Source: Antedon mediterranea (taxonomy: Eukaryota; Animalia; Echinodermata). From it: 64,000 bases of DNA. The position numbers and the translations under genes were made by a program. The stretch is taken from assembly GCF_964355755.1 (NCBI RefSeq), contig NC_092674.1:6820001-6884000 (forward strand), written 5' to 3'. The first letter of the stretch is position 1, and each line of letters begins with the position of its first letter. The notes beneath the pieces were generated by a model. The model was not told the origin of the DNA and made no database searches. It saw only the letters and a program-made list of their open reading frames with translations. Below are positions 19,071 through 31,287 of the stretch, piece by piece.

Positions 19071-22000
19071 ATGTCATCACTTCACAAAAACACTCTACTA
19101 AAAAATACAAGTAGCTTACCTTCTAGGATGCTTCCACCTGCTGCAACGAAGGTTCCAGGTTCATCAACAACAAGGTGGGTTGGTTCAGCATCTATCAATA
19201 ATCATGATATTTACTTTCAACCTTTTGTGGAGGAGGCGAGGATAACAATTTTATGGCCATTCTCTAGCCAGTTCTAGCCATTACTAGTCTAGGCCTATAG
19301 ACCCCAGGCCTAGGTGTATATATATTTTTTTGTATTTGAAACGATAAAGATAGGAAATCTGTGAGAATGAGAAAGTCGCCCCAACCGAGACTCAAACTTG
19401 GAACCTTCTGTTTGATATGCAGATGTCCTAACCATTAGACCACTGGGGCTTTCATGGTATTGTTCAACCTCGATTGGATAGCGACTCTAATATTCGCCGA
19501 GAATGTTAAAGAGTTGATATCCATCTGCATATCAAGCAGAAGGTTCCGGTTCGAGTCTCGGTTGGGGCGACTTTTTCTCATTCTCACAGATTTACTCATC
19601 GTTATTGTTTATCGAAAGAGAAATATAATTATAAGCCTAGTTAAATTTAATCATTTTCTAATATTTAGTATGTTAAAATCATTTTTTAAACACTTTATTT
19701 TTTCAGCTCTACTCAAAATATTCCAAAGTCAAGGATTCGAGATTTTACTCCGTTACCATGGAGTAATTATTTTGAAACTTATGAAGATGTGGCAGTTGAT
19801 GATGACAATATATCCTTTTATCAAAAATATTATTCACATTTCCAAATGAATGGCGTATAAATAGTACTTTTAAATAGTTTTAAATACTTTTTTCTCCCAT
19901 ATTCTTTCTTTACAGTAAGCCTAATATATTTTTGGAAGAGTCAACTTTATCATACAAGCAAGTTTTGTTTCAGGACAATAGAGGAAGAAGACAGTAATGC
20001 ACTTATCAATCAATTAATATGACCCACTATACGACCCCCGAGGGAGGTGCGTCATTTGTCCGATGTGCGTCATACATTATGAATACAATGATTCACCCAT
20101 GCATACAAAATGTGACTTACATTTAGGTGACCATGACGCACCCATGACACATTTTGACCATGTTTATAATATTTTGAATAGTAAAGTGACGGACAGTGAC
20201 ACACCATCGTTCATTGATGTGACGTACCTTCTAAATTTTTTGACGCACCCCTACGTCGGTAATAATTTGTAAATGACACACCCATGACGAACCTCTCCCA
20301 GGGTTGTATAGTGGGTCATACAATTGACAAGTGCATAATTTAGGTGATTGAAAGTAAAAGAAAGCTCACTTTGTTGATCAACATCTCATTTCTGGTCTTT
20401 TTACGTTAAAAATGTTATTTTCTTTAACAGTATGTTTACGTTTTTAGAGTTTATAGGATGGGAGAGACCGGTCCAGTTGTCGCGTTACTGCATGGTGGAG
20501 GTTTTTCAGCTCTCACCTGGGCTGTCATGAGCGTTAGTAATTATGTTCACTTATTTATAAAATATTTCTGATACTAATTGCAGTGTATTGTATTACTGAG
20601 TAACATATTTAAGAGTTGAGCTCTGTCTTCACTATCAAACTAGTTTGACAAAAAAAGTATGATGTGCCCAAATATGGTAGTGATATGCTTTACTATGGTA
20701 GTGATATGACATCATCATGTCCATATTTGGGCACATCACATTTTTTTTATCACATAAAGTTTGATAGTTTGGACAAGGCTTTAGCAGCAGGCACTACTGT
20801 TACATACTTTCTCCTTCTCCAGGTATAAAGTACTATCCATGATAAACAACCTTAATATAGTGATAATTTTGTATTTTTAGACCATCCTCGTAAAACAGGT
20901 CAAGTGTAGGGTCATTGCCATGGATATGAGAGGTCACGGAGATACCAAGACTGTCGATGAGTCAAACATGTCAGCTGATACATTAGCAAGGTTGCCATCT
21001 TTGTTTTGATTGTTTTAATTTTTTTTACAATAATAAAAATCAAAGGAGAAGCAGAGAGGTACCTTATAAATGATGGACTAGTGCCACTTTGCCAGGGCAA
21101 TATTGTGCTGTTAAATAACCATTCTGGTGTCTACTAAGTGTCAATTATTAGGCTTACATAATTTAAGCGTTTCTCCGATAAACGTATATTATAGGCTTAT
21201 CAAAACATCTTAGGTGATTTTGATGTAAAATCTTTTATTTTGCAAAATTATTATATATAATTTTAGAGCCTTCTTCTTTTTAACTTAGTGATGTTGGTAA
21301 AGTTGTGCAAACTCTGTTCAAAGATGAAGAAGTTCCACCAATCATATTAGTTGGTCACAGCATGGGTGGAGCTATAGCAGTTCATGCAGCCAATAAGAAT
21401 TTAGTTCCAAACCTTCGTTCTTTGGTGGTGATTGATGTTGTGGAAGGTACGGTTTTTTTGTGTGTGTAATGTGGGATGTATTATTTGGTGTAAGATACAG
21501 TAAAACCCCTTTTTGGTAGATCCCTGTTCAGGAGACATCCCTATTAATTGGACACTTTTCTTTGAAGTAATTGAAGGGCAATATATGTTTTATGTGTATG
21601 AAATTCTTTATATCTTCGATTTCGTTGCAACTTCTTCAGAAGAATGAAAAGCTGTAATTAGACAATTCTGTCTAATTACAGGGTCATAACATTAGGGCCG
21701 TAGCCACCAGTACAGTCAAAGCGGTCTTTAACAAACCAGTGGCTTGAACAGAGATTGTTCCCCTTTCTTGCTAAAAACTGCACCACTTTATTTCTATATT
21801 TCAGAATGTGTGTTTTAATGGTAAAAAAAGAATGTGGGATCATTTAGACCTCAAGAAAAGTCTAACAACTTCTCTTATTTCTTACAGGGTCTGCCTTAGA
21901 AGCTTTACATAGTATGCAAAGTTTTCTCAGAGGGCGCCCTTCTAGGTTTAAATCATTGCAATATGCTATTGAATACATGTAAGTAAACTTTAATATACGA

Positions 22001-24666
22001 AAGAGAAATCTATAAATATTCATAAACATACATTTAAATAAGAATAATACAAAGAGAAAATTGTTTAATACAATTTTCATTGAATTCTTTTTAATTAATT
22101 TATATTTTGGTAGGGTAAAAAGTGGACAAATTAGAAATATTGAGTCTGCAAGAGTTTCAACACAGGGTCAGCTGATTAAGTAAGTAATACCATTAATAAA
22201 CTAGTGGAAAAACTTAAGCGAGTCAAAACAGTTTTGTTCTGCTAGCAGCAAGACTTTGTCAGTGTCAGTTCTGCTACTTTGCTCCAGAAGTCTGTTTCTA
22301 GCATACCTTCCAAAAATGTATTTATTCCCATTTTGTGGAAACACATGGTGTACCACAAACCTTACTTTTCCTGTTAGTGAATCTAACCCCTAGCCATAAG
22401 CTAAAGCTTGATGGTCTAGAGGTATAATATATGTGATCTGGAAGTTGTGGGTTCGAGTCCCACCCAAGAATTACTTGCAAGTGTTTTCAATGTACTTAGT
22501 ATAAAGTACAAAATTACGTCAGAGTAGGGCAAACATCTGACCAATAAAATATTTATTTCAGATGTGAAGACCACAAAACAAATGACAATTCATCACAGGA
22601 ATGTTCCAGGTTAAGTAATGCAATAATTGAGGAGGAAGAAGAAGAGGAAGAGGAAGAGGGAGGTACTACTGAAGTAGAGAGTAATGGTTCAAAGAGAATG
22701 AAAACAGCAGAGTGTAGTACAGAGAAGTCACAAGACACAGCATACACATGGAGAGTCAACTTGGAAAGCACTGAACAATATTGGAAAGGTTCTCAATATT
22801 TATTGTTTTTACATATTGTACCATACTGCTGAAGCACTTGTGAATTGCACTTTCGTTAACAAATCTTTTTCTTTCTTTTTTTATTTATTTGTTTTAAATT
22901 AAATATACGCATCCAACGGCAATCAACTTACCAATTACAGGATGGATAAGCTGTTTTATAATTTATAGTGCTTGTAAACTAAGTCCCATTTCAGGCTTAG
23001 AGAGTGGAGTTCAAAGATTGTTAATTACAATCCTGAAACTTTTCCACTATATCTATAGTTTAGTAAAAATTGCTGTCTACAACTCTCCCAAAACAAGACA
23101 CCCAATATTAATTCTGATTTTAAGGGTGGATTGAATTTTAATCAAGAGTGGATTGAATTTTAATATAAGGTGGATTGAAGTTAAATCTTGGATTGAATTT
23201 CAACCTTTAACCCGACCCAATCCTATAATGTACATATTGTTTTCTTACTATAGGTTGGTTTCAAGGCCTCTCGGATTTGTTCCTTTCATGTTCTGTACCC
23301 AAGCTGCTGCTCTTAGCAGGTTTGTGACAATTTTAATTAAAACCGAGACCTCCCAGCTCTCAATATTTTGGATAAACCACAAAAATCTCCCAATATGTAT
23401 AAATTTATAATTTCTACTACTCTAGATATTGTCTACACTATCAAACTTTATTTGACAAAAAAATGCAATGTGCCCATATACTGTATAGACATAATGATGT
23501 CATATCACTACCATATTTGAGCACGTCACACTTTTTTTGTCATTATAAATAAATGCCAGTATTTTTTTTTTCATAGCACCCTCTATGGTTTGATGTAGTA
23601 TTATAGCACCCTCTATAGTTTCATAAAACATCCCGATATTTCATTTTTCCAAGTTAGGTGATCTGCAAAACAAACGTTTTGTTTAAACTTTGCAGTGCAC
23701 CACTATTAGCTTACTTTACATTACGAAATGATAACTCAGTAGTCTGAACACACCCTTAAAAATATACAAATAATACCATCATTATTACTATTTTATAGTT
23801 TATCTCTATTCCTTCAGGCGTTGATCGTCTTGATCGAGCTCTTACTGTTGGACAAATGCAGGGTAAATTCCAGATGTTAATTCTACCTCAATGCGGACAT
23901 GCAGTTCATGAAGATCAACCACAGAAGGTAAACCACATTATTCTCAAATATAACATGACTACACATCATCACTTAGTAATTTTCATAATGTTATTTATGT
24001 TGAACTAATAAACAAGATTTTATTTCGTCATAACAGTTTAATATTAACTGCTTCTGTTTTATTGTATATATGCCAGTGAACAGCGGTACCACTCGATGTG
24101 ACAGTAGTGTGTCTCCGCAGGAAATTTTCTAGCAATAAAATTTGCTATATTTCGTAATTAGGCTGGGAATTAGGCCTATTTTTTATTGGTAGCACACATC
24201 TGATACTTTGACAGCCTTAAAAGTAACAATACAAGTGTATTGCATACCTGTTTCTTCCAGAGGGTAATGTTTTTATGTTGTACAGATTTTAAACCTTTTC
24301 ATTCTTATATCTAGGTTGCTGATGCTCTTGCAACATTCTTAACGAGACATAAGATGGCAGAATCATTGTCAGGATTTGAGAGGTAAATTTATTAATTTTT
24401 ATTTCGGAGGTAAATAATTCTAATCTAAAAACTAATTTTTTTGTAAGCATTTAGAGAATAAAGATTATTTAAACAGGTATAGCATATCAAGAGAGCGTTT
24501 GTTTTTGCTATTGTATGCATCAACACATATGGGGTATCAAAGGGACCCCAATTGTACAGGAAAAGTTTTAAACTGCAGTAGTATTTTATTCTACTTCAGC
24601 GCTGAATTCTTATTATCTGCATTTATTTATTTGTTTTCCTCTTACAGGCCATCGCCATGTTGTTGA
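19071..24666 (+). CDS. PPME1: Protein phosphatase methylesterase 1 (PME-1), 12 coding exons
   Basis: Exons 19071-19174, 19707-19809, 20440-20532, 20881-20990, 21289-21446, 21888-21978, 22114-22179, 22562-22788, 23254-23319, 23818-23927, 24315-24382, 24648-24666; motifs RDFTPLPWSNYF, LLHGGGFSALTW, DMRGHG, GHSMGG (catalytic Ser), IDVVEG, GWFQGLS, LLLAGVDRLD..LTVGQMQGKFQ, GHAVHED. Confidence 0.96.
19355..19593. repeat. Inverted repeat built from tRNA-like arms (PPME1 intron 1)
   Basis: 19355-19425 is reverse-complementary to 19522-19593; minus strand 19449-19377 reads as a tRNA-like cloverleaf. Confidence 0.7.
19810..20439 (+). other. U12-type AT-AC intron of PPME1
   Basis: ATATCCTTTT at 19810; TTTTCTTTAAC branch point 20418-20428; AC at 20438-20439; joins DDDN|VFRVY in frame. 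Confidence 0.9.
19998..20335. mobile_element. PIF/Harbinger-type MITE inside the AT-AC intron
   Basis: TGCACTTATCAAT...TATGACCCACTATAC / GTATAGTGGGTCATA...ATTGACAAGTGCA, TAA on both sides. Confidence 0.75.
20619..20780. mobile_element. MITE family A copy
   Basis: TIRs slightly diverged, core conserved. Confidence 0.8.
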
Positions 24667-25949
24667 AATGGAATGACTTTTTTTATCAAAATCCATCACT
24701 GGAAAGAAATTGTTTTTGAGATATGAAAGGCAGAGCGTGTCTCCCATAATAAATGTGTATTCAAAACCATACACTTTATCAACGAACTTTGACCTATGAA
24801 GGTCGACACACTTTCTGTGCATCCAACGGCAATTCCTTTCAGAGGAAATTAGTTTTATATGCAGTACTTGATAATAATATCAAGTTTGCTTGGTAGTGGT
24901 TTGGTTTCAAACTGCAGGTCGGTTGATATGCATATACTCATTCTATATCTGTCATCATGTGTCATATTCGATTGGGAACTTTCGTTGTCAACGTAAAGAT
25001 TTTTTTAGTACTTTTTGTATTCGAATTGTAAATTTGTGCTCAACAGAAAGTCATTCGAATATAAAACGTTGACAACGAAAGCTTTTTCGTTAAGAACAAT
25101 CTCAACGCTAAAAATACTCCGTTAAAGAAGTACTCAACGGTACACTTGAATACGACAATTATTTCATTATATAAGAGCTAATTTGGTCTGATTGATGAGA
25201 ACCCCTCAACAAACATAATTTTCAAATAATAATAATTATAATATCTTTATTCAAATCTTCTAAGTGGTTACCAACTGTCACTCAGTTCGTACTGCTATCC
25301 TATGCTTATTTTTTTCGAATTGTCATCGATCGAAGATGTCTTCCGTTTCATGAAAAAGGACTATTATTAAATAATGAGTGTCATGTCATGATGAGTACTA
25401 CTGTATCTCGTCTATTATGCCCCTACAACCACCAATGTCATGGGACAAGCGAAACCTTTAAGAACCCAAAAATGTCATTCACTCATTTCTTTGAACAGCA
25501 GTATTTTGTTTTATTTTTATGTTGTGTGATTTGTGTGATATTATACAGTAGTCTGTATGCCTGAATACTTAAAAGAAATACAATGCTGTACAACAATTAG
25601 TGATTAATAAACTTGTGGTTACCACAAAATGCACTAATTTTTTAGTTTATAATGTTACGGCACAAATGACACATTAGATACATCAGTACAGAGAATGGGA
25701 CACTTATATCGGAGTCCATGCAGTGGTGTAACAGCTATGACCGCTCACTGACAAAACCCAGGTGCCCAGCGCTTAATGGGCCCCAGATCTAAGCAGCTTC
25801 AATGTAACTACCCAGCATTGGAGAGCTCCTTAGGAGTACTACACAAGAGGTCTTTCCCCCTACATTATGCCGCTGTATATCCATATATATCAAAGGTAGT
25901 GATGTCAATCAACTTATTTGTTAGCCAATACTAACCGGGTCAAATGGCC

Positions 25950-26215
25950 AACAATATTCGCAAGGGTTCGCTGTCGACTTGCTCCTAGTTCTGGTGGTGG
26001 AACAAGTCTTCTCGGATAAGGACTATAAACTGTAGGTCGAGTGTACGTGTGTGCACTTTAAAGAACCCAGTTCATCATTTGAGATGAGGGGGTTACCCCG
26101 GTGAACTGGTTCACAAAATAGCCCCTGTATATTACGACCTATCTGATAGGACAGTGATTCATTTACTATTTACAATCCTTGGCCACATGTGCCTAAAGAC
26201 TTAACAAACAAAATA
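25950..26215 (+). mobile_element. SINE copy
   Basis: GGATAAGGACTATAAACTGTAGGTC...GTGCACTTTAAAGAACCC...GGGGTTACCCCGG, AACAAACAAA tail. Confidence 0.75.
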
Positions 26216-26535
26216 CCAGCATTAGGTAAAAAAAGACACATTTAAGTTTTAAAAATGATTTATTTGCAATGCCATAGTTTCAGGAATTGTCCCTACTTTA
26301 ATCTCACCCCACCCATCACACACATTCTTTAATAATCCTTATTGTAAAGACAATTTAAGTAAATAGTTCACTAGTAGAGCATGCTTTTTAAATTGCTACT
26401 GGCTGCGAAAAAGCATGATATCAATTAAAAACAAAGGAACTACACAAGTAGTTTCTTATTAAATTACTATAATTTTGTATATATATATAAGAATATTGCA
26501 TGTTTTTAATAATGCCTTGATGATGAAGTACATGT

Positions 26536-28116
26536 TCAGTAAATGTAACGTTTTAGTGGAACACTTTCTTTTGAAAGAGAGTTATTGACACTTCTGTAAA
26601 AACGATTTTTTTGGTCATTAATCTGCTGAAACAATAAGGTAAGAAATTCTCATTTTCAGTTATAAACTAGACTACTAATACCACTTTCACATCACTTGGC
26701 AAAACAAAGTTTACACATACGCCGAGGTGACGACCCAGCATTTTGGGTGTGTGCACAAACTTCAACGATTTACTAGGCAATGTAAAATAGGTATTGGATT
26801 TTTTCCCTCATTTCAATCAGTTTAAATGGTGTTAGTTGCACTGTTCATCCCAATTTTACTCCCATTGAACTTTTCTTGTGCAGGTTAGAATAAGGTAATA
26901 TATAGGCTGTATTTTTTCCTTTTAAAAACATATTTATACGATCATACGGATTCTGTTAACTCCTTCTCTAGCGTTTCGTTGCGTAGTCTCTCTTGTTCTG
27001 CACGTAAAAAGTCCTGTACCATCGGTGATTGCATTAAAGCCTAAAGAGAAAGTATTGTATTGCTAAATATAAATATATTGAGGCTATGGTCAACTGTACA
27101 AATAACTGCAATTTATAATATTAATAATATTACTAGTGTTAGTAAAGTTTGTATTTCCTTTTTGCCAAACACATGGCTTAAGCTCTGTCTACACTATCAA
27201 ACTAGTTTGACTGAAAACTGTGATGTTCCTAAATATGGCAGTGATATACCCAAATATAGTAGTGATATGGCATCATCATGTCCATATATGGGCACAACAC
27301 ATTTTTTGATAAAGTTTGATAGTGTAGACAGAGCTTTACTTTATTACTAATTAATGTTAGTACATTACTGCAGCACTAACCATTTTCTTATCACTAATAA
27401 TCTGATCTGCAAGATACTGTTGTCGTTCAGGATAAGCTACATCAATAAGAGAATTGAGACCACTGAGTTGGGCTAACGTTTCTTCAGTGGATTCCTGTAA
27501 CAAAATAGAAACGTAAAATTAAATGCATGTTAAAATGTTATTCAGCAGATGTTCAAAGCAGTAAAAGTATTTCGAAATAAAATTAGCATTTTGATTGATC
27601 GTGTGAGTATGATCTTTTGACCTGAAAACTCCAGAGTTTGATGTTGGTACCTTTCACACCAAAACACAGGTGTGTCCAACTCTGCTGTTTTGAACTCCAG
27701 AGTTGTTTGATTTTATCTTTCATACCAAAACACCGGGGTGTCAACTCCGGAGTGTCTCTGGAGTTTTGCTTTTGGTGTGAAAGGAGTATAAGTGTTCCTA
27801 TATGTTACTATTTATTTTTTGGTCAGTGGTTTTTAATTAAGTGTTTACACGGACAAAAGGATGATGGAAAATTAATAACCTGTTCTCTCATCTTAGCTTG
27901 CGCAGCTATATGTTTACTTTTCCTTTTATATTTTTCCTTGTATCCTTTATTCCGATGGTAACGGCAAATCCACGCTCCGGATTTAAACCGGAACGCTGCT
28001 TCCTTGCATTCCCCAACCTCGCATGTTTGTTGATCACTACTGCTGGAGCTACCACTGTTTCCGGCTTTTTCTGTCTGAGTTTGTGCAGGCTCAGTTGAAC
28101 AGCTTTGCTCTGCCAT
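26536..28116 (-). CDS. RFXAP: Regulatory factor X-associated protein homologue (~177 aa, 4 coding exons)
   Basis: Exons 27880-28116, 27381-27494, 26948-27040, 26536-26625; CEVGEC...WICRYHRNKGYKEKYKRK resembles human CTYEGC...WMCKKHRNKMYKDKYKKK, and LADQIISDKKMALMQSPMVQDFLRAEQERL resembles LLEQVLNQKRLSLLRSPEVVQFLQKQQQLL (recalled from memory). Confidence 0.85.
27181..27335. mobile_element. MITE family A copy with clean TTA TSD
   Basis: TTA|AGCTCT...AGAGCT|TTA. Confidence 0.88.
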
Positions 28117-31100
28117 CTATGTGGAAAAGAAGTGTATTTTATTACGTGTAGTTAGATTTTTAGCATAGTTTAGCAACAACAAAGTAAGATATTGTCAAAA
28201 AACCTCTAAAAAAAGAACAGCGGCTTTGTATAAAATACCAAATAAGTAAAATGTATTTAGATTTTAATAACCATTTCATTTGAAAATGATAATATGCCAT
28301 TTAACTACTCATGATTTGTATAAATTGTTGCTTGATTGGGTTTTTTTGGGTTTTTTTGGGGGTTTCTTGTTGAGAACCATTTTTTGTTGCCGCATTGTGT
28401 TTTTGGAAAATGAAATAATAATAATTTAAAAAAAACTACAATAACAAAGTAAGATACCCAAAAAAGGAACAGCGGCTTTGTATAAAATACCAAATAGGTA
28501 AAACAAGCAATCGTGTTAAAAGAATGTTTTAAATCACACATACTCATACCACTTTTGGCCTTGTACATTTGTGCAAAACACCTTTCGCTGATCAAGCTTT
28601 TGGTGTTGAAAAGAAATGTGTGCCTAAAAGAAATTATTCATCACAGAAGAAAGCAAACTTGCTCGAGACAACACGACAGAAATCTACAAAATTAACCACA
28701 TAATTAACCACATTTGAAGTATTATTATATTTATATCACTAAGGAGCTGTATTGTATTGAGAATTATTATTTATATTAAATTAAAATCAAATACAAGAAG
28801 TATATTGATTGTAAAAGGAAATAAACTGCTAATATTACTACTAAAATTTAATTAATATGTTTAACAAAAATGTATTTTGTATAGTTCTCCTGTCAAACTC
28901 ACTGTAAAAGAAATAACTGTGTTAAATTCTTCTCTTTGAGAGTAGTAGGCCCGGTAGTAGGCCTATGTGAAGTATCTGTCTTACCTCTACTCACTCTAAA
29001 TAGCCTACTCTAGTATTTTAGTACAGTAGTATAGACTGGGTCTCTAGCCTAGGCCTACTAACTAGACTAGAGCTTGACTTGTACACAATTTTTGACATTT
29101 ACACAATTGTGCACAAATCATAAGGCGTTTATACATACATTTTCAATAATTATATAAATAACTACAAATAAAACAATAAGTAACTAGTCTAGTTCTCACC
29201 ACTAGATACCTAAACTCTTGGAAAACATTAGTTACTACCAAATCAGCAGTGAATTTATTCTGTTTTGATTGAATCGAGGTAAAGAAAACAAAAACAACCC
29301 TGATCCTGAACCACCTGACCATATATAGTATAGTCACGTGATACAACAAGAGTTACGGTACCACGAGATTTCGTTCAATCTTGATGTCCTCTCATCAATA
29401 ACAACATATTTATTACATTTTTTTTCTATAGTAAATATTTCAGAAACCAATTTTATTTTGATATTTATATATCTGCTAAAAATGTTTATACCGGAAATTA
29501 AAAATGCAAATAGGATATATTGTTGATGACCAGTAGTGTTTCGGTTGAATGAGTTTTGGATTGTCTGCTGTTTTTTTAACAGCTGACTTAACACGCACAC
29601 ACAGCTTGAAAAGATGAGGGGCATTTAGATGGAATAATTTGATTTTGATTTAAAATTGTTTCTAACCTAGAATTTGCAAAATACCACATTGTGATATTGC
29701 ACATAGCAATAACAGGTATGTATTCAGTATTTAGTTTTCAATAATATATTTACTTAATTTACTTTATTTAATGGTGTTAAAGCTAGGCTTGGTCACCAGG
29801 GATTGTTATGATTTTTGGCAGGCAAACGTGCTGGTATCTGAGCGGAAACGGACGTATATTAATTTAGCTAAGTAAGACTGGCCTAGATTAGTTGTACTGT
29901 ACGTAACGTGTTATGCAAAACAAATGTAGCTGTCATCGCGCACACAATCTTTTTTTTTATATGAAGTATGAAAACCTTTTATAGTAGGCCTAACTAGGGC
30001 CTAGCCTAATAAGTCTTTAGTTAGGTAGGCCTAGGTGTGTATTTGTTGATTTTTAAAAATAATAATTAAAAAATATAAATACTTAAAAATTTAAATTGAA
30101 TAGCTAGGCTTATTATTAAATTTTATATATTTTTCTTTCAAACAATTTATATAAGATTGCATCGTATTGATTGAATTGAATTGAATTGAATTTATTTGGA
30201 AAATCATCATAAAAAATACATACAAAGTGATAATTGGGTCTTGATTTAAAATTTAAATCTTATTTTTTTTAAATAAATATCGTTTGTTACAAATGCTCAA
30301 TAATTCGACTTTGTAGCATTCCAGGTACTATTATTAAATAGTCCAGATATTTATTATAAAATCCCAATTTTTCTTAACCAGGACATTCAATGGCAGAAGT
30401 CAAATTCAAAAATAATTAAATAAATAAAGAATTTGTGCTGTTGCTGGTTTTCATAATGTGTTTTTGTTTTTATTTGGCCTCCAATGCATTTTTTTTGTAT
30501 TGGTATTAAAATTTGAACAAATACTTCTCTCCTTGTGTTTTTAGCAGTGTAACTATTGTACAACCAATGCCAAGTAGACATTATTAAACTAAAGCCAATT
30601 GTTCAGATTGTAGTGTTTTGTGCATTTGTGTAGTGTATTGAAAAGCTGCTTATAGTACTGTACTGTAAAGTATTGTATAACAGTTACTGTAGGCAATTCA
30701 ATGAAACATGGAAATGTTGATCATTTTATGTTATACCCTTACACACACATCAACCTTGTTTGTATTTTAAACGATGTATTTTATCTGTATTTTACAAAAT
30801 TTTAATCTTTTTAACTTTGAACAAACAAAAATAATTTCAAACCATGTACTACTGTATATTTTACTGTGTTTAACGATGAATCAATGAAATGAAGAAATGA
30901 AATTTAAAAAAAATATTATTTTTTCATTTTTAAACTATGTACTGTAATATCAATGTTTTTAAATTCTGAATCTAAGTATAAATTACTTTTGTACTAATAG
31001 TAACCTTGACTTTATTTCTGTGAATTTTAGTCACCCTAAACAAATAAAAAATTCATTTTTTGATTATAAAGATTGACCTTGTTTTGTATTGAAGACCATA

Positions 31101-31243
31101 CCATTTGTCATGTAAAACAAGTTTTGTCAACCACAAAACATTTAAAGCGAAATAATTCAATTTTTACAAACTATCATCATAATTTCAGTACAGTAAACAC
31201 TGATTTATAATTTATATATATTGTGACTATCATTCAGAGCCAA

Positions 31244-31287
31244 GCACCTGAAGATTGAGTTCATACTCATGAAACAGCCTGTAGTGC
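31244..31287 (+). ncRNA. Minimal hammerhead-ribozyme-like motif (Penelope-type)
   Basis: GCAC-CTGAAGA-TTGAGT-TCAT-ACTCAT-GAAA-CAGCCTG-TA-GTGC. Confidence 0.5.

Noticed and set aside
22400-22470. tRNA-like A/B boxes here and at ~8495-8545 and ~36900-36970
   Set aside because: No complete cloverleaf; best read as SINE heads rather than tRNA genes
24648-24720. Possible selenocysteine readthrough at PPME1 Cys-Cys-TGA
   Set aside because: The stop matches the usual PME-1 end and I could not identify a convincing SECIS
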